Assembly: GCA_038227875.1 (NCBI GenBank)
Contig: JBBRPR010000036.1
Coordinates: 1 to 64,000 of the forward strand
Source of the DNA: Planctomycetota bacterium
Lineage (GTDB): Bacteria; Planctomycetota; SZUA-567; H5-PLA8
Reading direction: 5' to 3'
DNA length: 64,000 bases
How positions within the stretch are numbered: position 1 is the first letter of the stretch; each line of letters opens with the position of its first letter. The position numbers and the translations under genes are program-made. The notes beneath the pieces are model-generated. The model had not been told where the DNA came from. It searched no databases and saw only the letters and a program-made list of their open reading frames with translations. Of this stretch, positions 44,528 through 54,148 are shown piece after piece.

Positions 44528-44858
44528 GGAATGGCTCCCCGGAAACGGCCAAAGGCGAAATGACCTGATAGTCTCTCAGTATTATAGGACGTGGGCAAGC
44601 ATGCAGTGATTAAATTAATGTGAAGGGGGCCGAAAACATTCCAAAATAAGCGGCCCGCACTTGTCACCGGGCACGCCTTGGTTATCCTCGCATGTTCAAT
44701 CTTCAACAGCGCACGTGTGCTTGATGCGGGTACCAGTTTCGCGACATCTGTTTTAGTAACTGTGACCGGAGGTTCAACTTGCGTGTAAAGATAAGCTTAT
44801 GATGGGGCTGTTGGGGTGACAGTGCAGTTGGCAGTGAAGTGCAGTGGGGGGAGATAGA

Positions 44859-47711
44859 ATGCTTCACCAAGTTCGTCCAATTCCGGACTTCGCGTCCGGA
44901 ACGGGGTGTCGTCTGCGCTCCAAATCGAACCTGCGCGTTCGGCTTTGGGTGCTGCTGGCGACGCTGACGCTGACGCTCTCCATTTTTCGGGCCGCTCGCG
45001 CTGAAGACGTGCCGGTTCCGGCCACGCCTGCTCCAGCACCCGGCAATTCCACCGTTCCTCCTGCAACCTCCGAGAGCAAAGCCGCGTCGGCTGATGCGCC
45101 GCCGCCGGCCGATCGCCCCAAGATTCGCCGCTGGCTGGATGAACCTGCTCCCGCCGCGCCTGCTCAAAACACCGCCCCCGACGCACCCCGCACGGAAACC
45201 GCCGGCGAAGCCGCTCCGCCGCAGTCGCTGACCGGTCCTGAACCGCTCGTCGCCACCGATCCGTTGCTGCAGCCGGAAGATCCCGCGATCGCCGAACGCC
45301 GCGCCGCGCTCCAGGCGGAGATCAAAGTCAAACTGCTGGAAGCCAAGCGCGCCTACAAGTCCGGCGATTTCGTGCGCGCTGAAAGTATCGCGCGCAACGT
45401 CATCTCCTGCGATCCGCGCAACACCGCCGCCGCCGAAATGCTCCGCAACGCCCGCGGCCGGATGCTCGACGCCGACGAAAAAGTCACCAACGTGGCCGGC
45501 GAACGCCGCGACCGCGAAGCACTGCTGGAAGCTGATGAACACGCCGTCCGCCCGCCGCCGCGCCTGTCGACCGTGCGCCCGCATTTGCAGCGCCGCGACG
45601 AAGACATCGAGTCCGCGCGCCGCAAGACCATGTCGCAGAAACTCGAACAGCGCGTCAGCTTCGACTTCATGAAAGCCGACCTCGAGTGGGTGCTCAACTC
45701 GCTGTTTATTTTGACCGGCGTGAACATCATCGCCGACCAGGCCGCGCTGGAAGGCAAGAGCCTCACGCTGCATGTCGAAGATCTGCCGCTGAAGGAAGTG
45801 CTCAACTTCATCGTCCGCAACAACACCGGCATTCAATATTCCGTGACGGAAGACGCGGTCTGGATCACGGCGACGGAAAAAGACGACCTCAAGAACATCA
45901 TGTTCCCGAAGGTCTATCCGCTCCATCACGGACTGGTCAGTTCCGAAGGCGGCAGCGGCGCGGGCACGGGGCAGCGCTCGGGTTCCACCGGCCGCGGCGG
46001 TAGTTCCGGCGGCGGCGGTGGAGGTGGCGGTGGCCGCCGTGGCGGTGGCGGAGCAGGCGGCGGCGGAGCCGGTGGCAACAAGGCCGGCGGCAAGCAGGGC
46101 GAAGAACCGACCTACATCGAAACCGTCTTGAAGTGGATGAAAGACGTCAAGGACGCCCACGTTTTCCCGGAAGGCTCCGACTACCTGATCGACCGCCAGT
46201 CCAATCAGCTCGTGGTCTTCACCACGCCGGCGGGACACGAACGCATTTCGCAGTTCCTCGACTTCTTCGATCAGCCGGCGATCCAGGTGCTGATCAAGAG
46301 CCGCTTCCTCAAGATCGACGCGACCAACGAAAAGTCGCTCGGCGCCAATCTCGACCGCTTGAACACCCGCATCCTCAACATCGATACCACTGGCGGCACC
46401 GACACGTCCACATCGACGGGCACGGGGGTCACCGACTTCCCCCCCGGCGGACAGAACAACCCGACCAAGCGCTTTGGTTACACTGGCGGCACTGGCCCGC
46501 TCAATTTCCCCGGAACGCTCGGACCGGGCAACGTGCTGACGCTGATCGGCCGCCGCACGGATCCGCAGTTCCAGATTACCCTGGCGGCGCTGCTCAACAG
46601 CAGCTTCACGAAAGTGCTCTCCGAACCGCAGGTGCTGGCGATCAACAACAAGCAGGCCGTGATCGACATCTCCACGCAGTTCTCGTACATCACCGACCTC
46701 CGCCCGGTGCAGTCGACCACGGCGGTCGGCAATGGTACGGCGGTGCAGAACGTCTCGGCGTTCATTCCGGAATTCGACACGGAAGAAATCGGCTTCACGC
46801 TCACGGTCACACCGTCCGTCGGCCGCGATTTGAAGACGATCAATCTCCATCTCGAACCGATCATCGACTCGCTCTCCGCCGGTCAGCAGATCCAGGACTT
46901 CCAGACGTTTGACCTGGGCACCAGCAACACCACGCAGCCGGCCGTGCGCCGCCCGACCATCGACCAGACGCAGGTCGTCACCGACGTGGTGCTGGAAGAC
47001 AACGGTTACGTAATCCTCGGCGGGTTGCTCCAGAGCCGCAAAGACATCGTTGAACGCAAAGTTCCGGGGCTGCACAAGATCCCGGTGCTGGGCAACCTCT
47101 TCACCTCGAAGAGTACCAATACCACGCGCAGCAATCTGTTGATCATCGTCGAAGCGCAGATCATTGCGCCCAGCGGCCGGACGTATTTCTCCGAACCGGC
47201 GCCCGACGACGTCAACCCGCGTGAAGGTGGTTCCAACCACCCGCCGATGCAGGTTTCCGACGCGGTGCGCCCGGGCAACGTGAACCAGGCGCTGGGTGTC
47301 GCTCCACGCCAGATCACGCCGCCGCTGGTTTCACCGGCCGATCCACGCCAGGCGCCGGATGCCCGCAGGACCCCCAATGTACCCGCGACGCCGCGCAGTG
47401 CTCCGGCCGTGGCGGAGACGCCGTCAAAGCCCATCGTCATTCCGTCGCCGCCGTCGCGATCGGTGGTCAACGCTCCACCGGTGGCCGCGCCGAAGAATGC
47501 GTCAATCCGCGAGCAAATGGAAATCCTGGCGAAGACCACGCACACCACCGCGTCGCTGCGCGTGTCGCCCAACGACTGGGTCGTTTCGGAAGAGGAAGGC
47601 GTCGCTGCGGACAAACCTGCCGATGACAAGTCGGCACAGCCGGCTCCGGCGGCTCCGTCAGCTCAGGATCGCGGCGCGACGCGCGGTGAAGTCATTCAGC
47701 CGGACAAGTAA
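44859..47711 (+). CDS. Secretin (PilQ/GspD-like)
   Basis: RVSFDF..ADL..VL...TGVNII (N0), IDRQSNQLVV (N3), QVLIKSRFLKI, KVLSEPQVLAINNKQA, EIGFTLTVTPSV, VILGGLL...KVPGLHKIPVLGNLF...NLLIIV.A.II; GGGGAG RBS before ATG 44859. Confidence 0.92.
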   Translation: MLHQVRPIPDFASGTGCRLRSKSNLRVRLWVLLATLTLTLSIFRAARAEDVPVPATPAPAPGNSTVPPATSESKAASADAPPPADRPKIRRWLDEPAPAAPAQNTAPDAPRTETAGEAAPPQSLTGPEPLVATDPLLQPEDPAIAERRAALQAEIKVKLLEAKRAYKSGDFVRAESIARNVISCDPRNTAAAEMLRNARGRMLDADEKVTNVAGERRDREALLEADEHAVRPPPRLSTVRPHLQRRDEDIESARRKTMSQKLEQRVSFDFMKADLEWVLNSLFILTGVNIIADQAALEGKSLTLHVEDLPLKEVLNFIVRNNTGIQYSVTEDAVWITATEKDDLKNIMFPKVYPLHHGLVSSEGGSGAGTGQRSGSTGRGGSSGGGGGGGGGRRGGGGAGGGGAGGNKAGGKQGEEPTYIETVLKWMKDVKDAHVFPEGSDYLIDRQSNQLVVFTTPAGHERISQFLDFFDQPAIQVLIKSRFLKIDATNEKSLGANLDRLNTRILNIDTTGGTDTSTSTGTGVTDFPPGGQNNPTKRFGYTGGTGPLNFPGTLGPGNVLTLIGRRTDPQFQITLAALLNSSFTKVLSEPQVLAINNKQAVIDISTQFSYITDLRPVQSTTAVGNGTAVQNVSAFIPEFDTEEIGFTLTVTPSVGRDLKTINLHLEPIIDSLSAGQQIQDFQTFDLGTSNTTQPAVRRPTIDQTQVVTDVVLEDNGYVILGGLLQSRKDIVERKVPGLHKIPVLGNLFTSKSTNTTRSNLLIIVEAQIIAPSGRTYFSEPAPDDVNPREGGSNHPPMQVSDAVRPGNVNQALGVAPRQITPPLVSPADPRQAPDARRTPNVPATPRSAPAVAETPSKPIVIPSPPSRSVVNAPPVAAPKNASIREQMEILAKTTHTTASLRVSPNDWVVSEEEGVAADKPADDKSAQPAPAAPSAQDRGATRGEVIQPDK

Positions 47712-47842
47712 CGCCGAAAAAAGAAGTCGGCGTTACCGCACTCGGAGCGGTCATTTTCAGTAACTTACCACGCCCCTCATCGGTTATATTCTCCTGTACC
47801 CTGAGTCGTTGAGACGGGGTGAAACGCGGAGCTGAAAACACA

Positions 47843-50425
47843 GTGTCCACCTTAGCCGGCATCGATATCGGATCTGAAGCGATCAAGGGCGTCGTGCTCA
47901 ACATCGCCAAGAGCGGCAAGACGGAAATCGTCGCCGCCGGCACGATGCCAATCAGCGATCTGGCTCACATGGAGGACAGCCCCGACAAGGTGCTGGCCCT
48001 CGGCGTGAAGCTTAAAGAGCTGGTCAAGGGCGCGCGGCTTAACGGTTCGGTCCGGCGCCTGGGTGTCAGCGGCAAGAACACCGGCATCCGCTACCTGCAG
48101 GTTCCGCCCGTGCCGCCGTGGCGCCTGGACATGCTGGTGAAGTATGAAGTCGAAGAAAAGAGCGGAGAAAAAGAACCCACCGCCTACGACTATCATATTC
48201 TCGGCGTTCCGGAAGTCGGCGGACAGTACACCGTCATGATCGGGACGTGCCGTGAAGCGACGTCACAGGAACTGCTGCAGGTCGGAAAGTCCGCCGGACT
48301 GGGCGAAGTCGAAATCGACCTCGAAGTCCTTGCGCTCTACAACGCCTACTACCACGGCCACGGCTACGACGCCGACAAGACCGTGTTGATCGCCGACATC
48401 GGCGCCGACGACATGACCGTGCTGCTCTGCCGCAACGGCGTGCTTTGGTACGCGCGCACGATCCTGGGCGGCGGCCGGCGCTTCTCGCAGGTTCTCGCCG
48501 ACGAGCTGAAAATCGAATTGCCCGAAGCCGACGAACTGAAAAAGACGCAGGCGGAAATCTCCTTCGATCTCGCACCCGTGGCCACGACCCGCGTCGGCAT
48601 TCCCAAGCGCTTTGGTGCGGCCAGCCTTTCGGCGCGCGGCGCGACGGGCATTATCCCCAAGCCGGGAACTCCGGAACGCTCGGGCGTGATCAAGCTTGAT
48701 CCCTCCGCGTCGTCCACGAACCCTGCGCCGGCTGGAGCAGGAATCACTCCGGCCAACTCCACGCTTATCACGCTGAAGTCCAACGATCTGGGGACCTCCG
48801 GCGCGCCGACCGAATTGCTCGACCGCGAGCAGATCAAGAATGCGATCGCCGCCGCGAAGGCCAATCCGCCCGCTGCCGCCGCGCCCACGACCCCGGATTT
48901 GCCCGGCTCCGAAGATCTGTTTGTCATGGATCTTCCGCCCAGTCTCGAATCGCTGACGCCCGCCGGCCCGGTCACGCCGCCGGTAGCCGCAACACCTGCG
49001 TCTACTCCCGCGTCCGCCTCCGCAGCTCCCGTGTCCGAACCGTCCTCATCGCTGGGCGACGACACGATGATGTCCATTCCGTCGCTCGATGAACTCGCAC
49101 TGATGTCGACCACGCCGGCGACGGCGGGTTCGCCGGCTGCTCCTGCGGCGGCCAGCGCCGCCGCACCGGGCGCGTCGGCTCCAACAACATTGCCCGGCGC
49201 GTCCGTCTCAACGCCCGCGGCCGGCGGCGATGTTCCGCTTGATGAAAAACGCAAGAAGCAGATGTCCGCAGCGCTGGTCCGCGAAGCCGCGCAAGTTTGT
49301 GCCGCACTGGAAAACGCGGTGCTCTTCACCAAGCAGCAGACCAAGCTGCGCGAACTGAAGATCGACCGCGTCTACCTCACCGGCGGCGGCAGCAAGCTCA
49401 AGGGCCTGCAGGAATTCATGGGCCGCCGCATGCGCATGGAAGTGGTTCCGCTGGAACCGCTGCGCCAGGTTTCCACCGACCGCTTGCCGGCCGATCAGGC
49501 CGCCGCCTTGAAGAACGATCAGCACACCATGTCCACGGCGATTGGATTGGCGCTTTCGCATCAGCCTGGCACGTTCTCATTCCAGCTCTGGCCGGCGATA
49601 CTGGAGCAGCGCAAGATTTTCTGGTCTCGCGGCGCGTACCTTTATTACGCCGTCGCCATGGTGGCCGTGGCCATCCTCCTGTTCGTCTTCACGCCGTATC
49701 GCAATGCGCTGGCGCTGGCGGCCAACAACGATGCGGCGACCCAGGCCGTGGCGCGAGCTCAGGAAGAGACCAAAAAAATTGGCGCGCTCAAGACCGACTA
49801 CGACGAAAATGTGCAGCGCCTCAAGCAGATCGATGAAAACATTCAGTCCGGCGACAAGTTCCTCAATATTCTCGCCGAGCTCAAGAGCCGCGATTCCAAC
49901 GAACAGAAAGGCCGCATCAGCGACGACATCTACATCACGTCGATCTCGACCCATGTGCCGAAATTTCTAATCACGCTCTATGGGGCCGCCAATGGCGGCA
50001 CGGCACCAAAAGGCCCGGGATCCGGACTCGGCACCGCCGCTCAAAATTCCGCCAACAGCAGCAATGGCGCTCCAGACACGTTCCAGGCGCAGCGCCGCAT
50101 TTACATCCGCGGGTTCGTCAGCGGTCCCAAGCAGACCGAACTGGTCAGCAAGGTTCGCGCGTTCTGGAAGAATCTCGTCCCTCACGAAGATCAACCTGAG
50201 CACGCCGACAATCTGTTCAAGGACGTCTTTGACATCTGGTACGGGCGCCCGCAGCAGTCCGGCAGCAACTATCTGCTGGAGTTCGTGCTGGAAGTGTACA
50301 CGGAAGGTACGCGCGAAGAGGCCGCCCCGGCGGCTCCAACCAAGGGCACCGGGCGGGGTGGACGCCCGCGCATGCAGGGGACTCCCACGGGAGCCACGAC
50401 CACACAGAAGCCGATTTCGGATTGA
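47843..50425 (+). CDS. pilM: PilM-like actin-fold protein fused to a TM/PilN-like region, with a large low-complexity insertion
   Basis: GIDIGSEAIKGV, AYDYHIL, LALYNAY, IADIGADDMTV, GGRRFSQVLA, ADELKK, IDRVYLTGGGSKLKGL, STAIGLAL, then TM and coiled coil. GTG start inferred. Confidence 0.82.
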   Translation: MSTLAGIDIGSEAIKGVVLNIAKSGKTEIVAAGTMPISDLAHMEDSPDKVLALGVKLKELVKGARLNGSVRRLGVSGKNTGIRYLQVPPVPPWRLDMLVKYEVEEKSGEKEPTAYDYHILGVPEVGGQYTVMIGTCREATSQELLQVGKSAGLGEVEIDLEVLALYNAYYHGHGYDADKTVLIADIGADDMTVLLCRNGVLWYARTILGGGRRFSQVLADELKIELPEADELKKTQAEISFDLAPVATTRVGIPKRFGAASLSARGATGIIPKPGTPERSGVIKLDPSASSTNPAPAGAGITPANSTLITLKSNDLGTSGAPTELLDREQIKNAIAAAKANPPAAAAPTTPDLPGSEDLFVMDLPPSLESLTPAGPVTPPVAATPASTPASASAAPVSEPSSSLGDDTMMSIPSLDELALMSTTPATAGSPAAPAAASAAAPGASAPTTLPGASVSTPAAGGDVPLDEKRKKQMSAALVREAAQVCAALENAVLFTKQQTKLRELKIDRVYLTGGGSKLKGLQEFMGRRMRMEVVPLEPLRQVSTDRLPADQAAALKNDQHTMSTAIGLALSHQPGTFSFQLWPAILEQRKIFWSRGAYLYYAVAMVAVAILLFVFTPYRNALALAANNDAATQAVARAQEETKKIGALKTDYDENVQRLKQIDENIQSGDKFLNILAELKSRDSNEQKGRISDDIYITSISTHVPKFLITLYGAANGGTAPKGPGSGLGTAAQNSANSSNGAPDTFQAQRRIYIRGFVSGPKQTELVSKVRAFWKNLVPHEDQPEHADNLFKDVFDIWYGRPQQSGSNYLLEFVLEVYTEGTREEAAPAAPTKGTGRGGRPRMQGTPTGATTTQKPISD

Positions 50426-50469
50426 TCGTCAGCACCCAGTAAAGTGTGTAAGACCGGAGCACGACCGCC

Positions 50470-51630
50470 ATGCCGATGGACGACACAGACAAGCGACTGG
50501 TGAATGGCCTGATGTGGATCGCCGCCGTCTGCCTGGGCGCTTATTTTCTGCCGTGGGTGGGCTACCAGGAACAGCAGCGCGAAGAAGAGCGCGCGCGCGA
50601 AGCGTTGATTGAAACTGACAAGCAGTACCGCGTCAGTTATGCGGACATGCATCCCGCCAACCAAGGACGCACCAGCATCGAGGAAGTCGTCGACGCGGCC
50701 GGCGTCCCGCTGGCCGAGCTCAATGCCACGTACACCAAGGGCAACAAGGAACTGGCCGTCGACATCGACAAGAAGGAAAAGGCCAGCCGCATGGCCTTCC
50801 CCGAGTGGACCAACATCCCTGAAGAATGGAAGCGCCACGAGGGCGGTTACTTCAAGTACGTGCTGCTCAATGACCTCGTTTCGATCGGCAACCAGCTTCG
50901 CCTCAACCAGGTTTCCTGCGACGACGATCAGTTCGGCTTCGGCGAATTCACCGGTGAGGCCCGCATCGATGACATCCAGGCCAAGGAATACCTGCGCGAA
51001 CTGTTCATCGATGAAAAGATCATTGGGCTGTGCATCCAGGCGAAAGTGAAGGAAGAGAAAGTCGAACGCGACCGCGGCTTGAAGCCGGAAGCGTACATGC
51101 GCATCGTCAAGATCTCCAAGGAAGCGTCGCAACCCGACGGCCCGACGGCGCTGGTGCTCAACCGCAATTTCAGCGAGGAAGAGCACAAGAAAAATCCGCT
51201 CTCCGAACGCGCGCGCAAGTACACCGTCAAGCAGTGGAAGAAATTCATCCAGCAGTATCCCGTCGAATTCGTGCTGCAGTGCGATTCGAATACCTTCCAG
51301 CGCTTCCTCTATTCCGTGCGCGAACCGGGACAGTTCCTCGTCATCCGCAACCTTGAAATCGTTTCGCCGTACATCACCGATAGCAAGGAAGACAAGAGCG
51401 AACTGATGGGCCAGGAACTGCTGTCCACGCCCGATAAACTGAACAGCCTGAAGCTCGACAACCGGCACATCCAGGTCAAAATTTCAGCCGCGGGTATGGA
51501 CTTCTTCGACCCGGAGGTGTATCCCAAGGGTTTGTACAGTCCGCCCGTCGACAAGAACAAGCGTGTGGAAAAGTCCCGGCACATCATTCCGGCTGCACCG
51601 GCCCCGCAGGCTCCGGCTCCGGCGAACTGA
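50470..51630 (+). CDS. PilO/GspM-like membrane protein (mainly by position)
   Basis: N-terminal TM plus coiled coil; C-terminal QYPVEFVLQCDSNTFQRFLYSV...FLVIRNLEI fits the PilO ferredoxin-like pattern; GGAG RBS. Confidence 0.6.
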   Translation: MPMDDTDKRLVNGLMWIAAVCLGAYFLPWVGYQEQQREEERAREALIETDKQYRVSYADMHPANQGRTSIEEVVDAAGVPLAELNATYTKGNKELAVDIDKKEKASRMAFPEWTNIPEEWKRHEGGYFKYVLLNDLVSIGNQLRLNQVSCDDDQFGFGEFTGEARIDDIQAKEYLRELFIDEKIIGLCIQAKVKEEKVERDRGLKPEAYMRIVKISKEASQPDGPTALVLNRNFSEEEHKKNPLSERARKYTVKQWKKFIQQYPVEFVLQCDSNTFQRFLYSVREPGQFLVIRNLEIVSPYITDSKEDKSELMGQELLSTPDKLNSLKLDNRHIQVKISAAGMDFFDPEVYPKGLYSPPVDKNKRVEKSRHIIPAAPAPQAPAPAN

Positions 51631-51651
51631 ACGCAGTACGAGGTTAGAAAC

Positions 51652-52497
51652 ATGCACAACACGACGACGGGCAGCTTCAATAAGGAGAAGATGATCTTTC
51701 TGATCAGCTCCGTTGTCGTTGCTGCCGGCGTGTATCTGTTTCTCACCAGCGGTCCTGTGCCCCTGGAACCCGGCGCGCCGGTCAGTTACCAGATGGCGCG
51801 GCCCGAAGCGCTGGTGATGTCCGAGATTGCCGCGCGCGAAGATGAAGACTTCTATGTCGTCGACGGCAAAGTCACGAAGATGACCGACAAGCGCACCAAG
51901 CAACTGGTCAACCGCGACCGCAAGTCTCCGTTTGAACCCTTCTCCACCTTCGCCACCCGCACGCCGGTCAAGCCCGTCGCCGTCGCCAACAACACTCCGC
52001 CGCCTCCGCCGCCTCCACCCGCCGCACCGGAAAAGCCGAAGGACCCGAAGAAGGAGTTCACCGGTTCCACCGCTGAAGCCGAAGTTGAATTCATGGGCGT
52101 GATGACGATGGCCAGCGGTGAAACGTTCGGATTGCTCAAGCCCAAGGACGGATCGCCCACCATCCGCGTGAAGATGGGGTCTGAAATCGAAGCCGGCGGC
52201 ACCAAGTACACCGTCACCGCGCTTGAAAAACAAGCCATCTGGGTGACCGACGGCGACCAGCGCCCGTTCATTCTGAAAGACTCGACGTTCGACGGTTCCG
52301 AAGAAACGTCGTCGGAGAGTTCGGAGTCAAAGACGAGCAGCAAGCCCAAGGACGCGCCCAAGGTCGCGCAGACGACGCCGAAAGAGTCCACGCCGGCGCC
52401 GAAGGACACGACCGCCAATCCGCACAAGGATCAGCCGAAGAAGCCTGATCGCCCGCGGAAGAACAAGAACGGCATGGCGCCGAAGAGCGGTAATTAG
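51652..52497 (+). CDS. PilP/GspC(HR)-like protein, paralogue A
   Basis: N-terminal TM, RKSPFEPF motif, Pro-rich linker, VEFMGVM...GLL...RVKMGSEI....YTVTALE beta domain; GAGG RBS. Confidence 0.65.
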   Translation: MHNTTTGSFNKEKMIFLISSVVVAAGVYLFLTSGPVPLEPGAPVSYQMARPEALVMSEIAAREDEDFYVVDGKVTKMTDKRTKQLVNRDRKSPFEPFSTFATRTPVKPVAVANNTPPPPPPPPAAPEKPKDPKKEFTGSTAEAEVEFMGVMTMASGETFGLLKPKDGSPTIRVKMGSEIEAGGTKYTVTALEKQAIWVTDGDQRPFILKDSTFDGSEETSSESSESKTSSKPKDAPKVAQTTPKESTPAPKDTTANPHKDQPKKPDRPRKNKNGMAPKSGN

Positions 52498-52525
52498 AAA
52501 TTCACTGTTGGGTTGCGAGGTAATC

Positions 52526-53128
52526 ATGAGACCGATCCGGACAGGATTTGGGCGGGAGAAGCTCTGTTTTCTCATCTGTTCCACCATCGCCGCGTCCGCC
52601 GTTTACTACGCGCTGGTCAGTGCGCCGTTGCCGCTGGTCCCTGGCGCGCCGGTCACCTACAGCACAGCGATCCCGGCGCCGCCGGAATGCGTGCCGCTCT
52701 CGATCCGCCACGACGAAGAAGGGTATGTCTTCAGCGTCGTCGACGCGCAGAGCGGCGAGCGCGCCAACCGCGACCGACCTAATCCGTTTGCGCCGTGGAT
52801 CGCGATCGTGCGAGTCACTCAAATAATCGTCCCTCCGGCCACCGTGGTTCCTCCATCCGTTACCGTCAAAGACGATCCTGCGCCGCGCATCGACAAACGC
52901 GAATTTCCGCCCGTCGCGCTGTCCTCCGCCGTCGCCTACACCGGAGTGCTCTCCGCCAACGGCGACACCATTGGCCTGCTTAATCGTAAAGATGGCTCCG
53001 GCTATCTGCGTGTCCGGGAAGGCAGCGAGTTCGCGGTCGGCGGCACTACCTACCGCGTTGAGCGTTTGGAAAAACAAGCGATCTGCGTGCTGCAGGGCGG
53101 GGTGTCGATCCGTCTGAAATGCGAGTAG
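52526..53128 (+). CDS. PilP/GspC(HR)-like protein, paralogue B
   Basis: Aligns along its length with 51652..52497 (EKL.FLI.S, PGAPV.Y, NRDR..PF.P, GLL..KDGS...RV..GSE...GGT.Y.V..LEKQAI); GAGG RBS before ATG 52526. Confidence 0.65.
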   Translation: MRPIRTGFGREKLCFLICSTIAASAVYYALVSAPLPLVPGAPVTYSTAIPAPPECVPLSIRHDEEGYVFSVVDAQSGERANRDRPNPFAPWIAIVRVTQIIVPPATVVPPSVTVKDDPAPRIDKREFPPVALSSAVAYTGVLSANGDTIGLLNRKDGSGYLRVREGSEFAVGGTTYRVERLEKQAICVLQGGVSIRLKCE

Positions 53129-53131
53129 ATC

Positions 53132-53271
53132 TGGCGCCACGGATGCGTGAATTTCAGAGCGCAGCGAAGAAATTCATTCATCCGTGCGTTGCGCTTCCCT
53201 ATGGCTGAGCGCCCTGCACGGATGAACGGATGCTTTCGCTAGGCTCAAGCATCCGCGCATCCATGGCACCA
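53132..53271. repeat. ~140-bp double-hairpin REP/MITE-like element, copy 2 (inverted)
   Basis: TGGCGCCACGGATGC...GCATCCATGGCACCA; co-linear with the reverse complement of 11580-11718. Confidence 0.85.
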
Positions 53272-53326
53272 TTATTCGCGTGCGTTTTTGAATTTTTAAT
53301 TCCAGATTTTGAATTATCATTCGTTC

Positions 53327-54073
53327 ATGGACGCCTTTGACCTGCCCGGCAAAACCTCCTTCGGCACCACGCGCTGGACTGTCGTGCTTCAGGCCAAGGG
53401 CGATCACGCCGAACCTTCGCCAAAAAATAAAGTCGCGCAGGAGCGTCGGGAGGCGCTGGGCAAACTGATCGAGATCTACTGGAAGCCGCTCTACTTCTAC
53501 CTGCGGCGCAAAGGCCACGGAAACTCCGACGCCGAGGACCTCGCGCAGTCGTTTTTCACTGCGTTTCTGGAGAAGGATTTCCTCAAGTCCGTCGACCGTG
53601 ACCGCGGACGCTTCCGCAGCTTCATCCTCGTCGCCATGGACCATTTTCTGGCCAACGAATACGACAAGGCTCACGCTCAGAAACGCGGCGGCGGGCACAA
53701 GATTCTCTCGCTCGATTTTGCCGACGCAGAAAAGCGCTACTCGGCCGAACCGTCCACCAACGAAACACCCGAACGACTGTACATGCGCAAATGGTCGCGC
53801 ACGCTGACCGACCAGGCCATGCTCGCGTTGGAAGAGGAATTCAAGGAGAAGGGCAAAGGCCCGCTCTTCACCGCGATCAAGCCGCACCTCGGCGGCGGCG
53901 AAGACTACGCCAAAGTCTCCGAAGAACTGGGACTAACCGTCGCGAACTTAAAAGTCATCGTACACCGCGCCCGCGCCCGCTACCGCGAAGTGCTCCGCGA
54001 TTTCGTTCGCGACACCGTCGCCACCGATTCGGAAGTCGACGCCGAATTGTGGGAGCTGATCCGCTCGCTCTAG
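53327..54073 (+). CDS. ECF sigma factor of the PVC FxTTxW type usually found beside Ser/Thr kinases
   Basis: SFGTTRWTVVLQA, ALGKLIEIYWKPLYFYLRRKG, DAEDLAQSFF, RGRFRSFIL, AQKRGGG, YAKVSEELGLT...VHRARARY. Confidence 0.9.
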   Translation: MDAFDLPGKTSFGTTRWTVVLQAKGDHAEPSPKNKVAQERREALGKLIEIYWKPLYFYLRRKGHGNSDAEDLAQSFFTAFLEKDFLKSVDRDRGRFRSFILVAMDHFLANEYDKAHAQKRGGGHKILSLDFADAEKRYSAEPSTNETPERLYMRKWSRTLTDQAMLALEEEFKEKGKGPLFTAIKPHLGGGEDYAKVSEELGLTVANLKVIVHRARARYREVLRDFVRDTVATDSEVDAELWELIRSL

Positions 54074-54148
54074 TTGCGGTTTGGGATGGGGACCATAGTC
54101 CCCATGTTGACTTTTGACCACATGGCAAATTTGCCATAAGGTCCCCGG

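Noticed and set aside
44640..44730. Sigma54 promoter upstream of the secretin
   Set aside because: GGCAC-like words are present but without a correctly spaced GG-N10-GC with TTGC.
45945..46095. GGC-rich tract as a DNA repeat element
   Set aside because: Encodes the Gly-rich loop typical of secretin N3 regions.
44703..47240. 845-aa minus-strand ORF
   Set aside because: Antisense shadow of the secretin gene; high GC3 removes stops on the opposite strand; no motifs.
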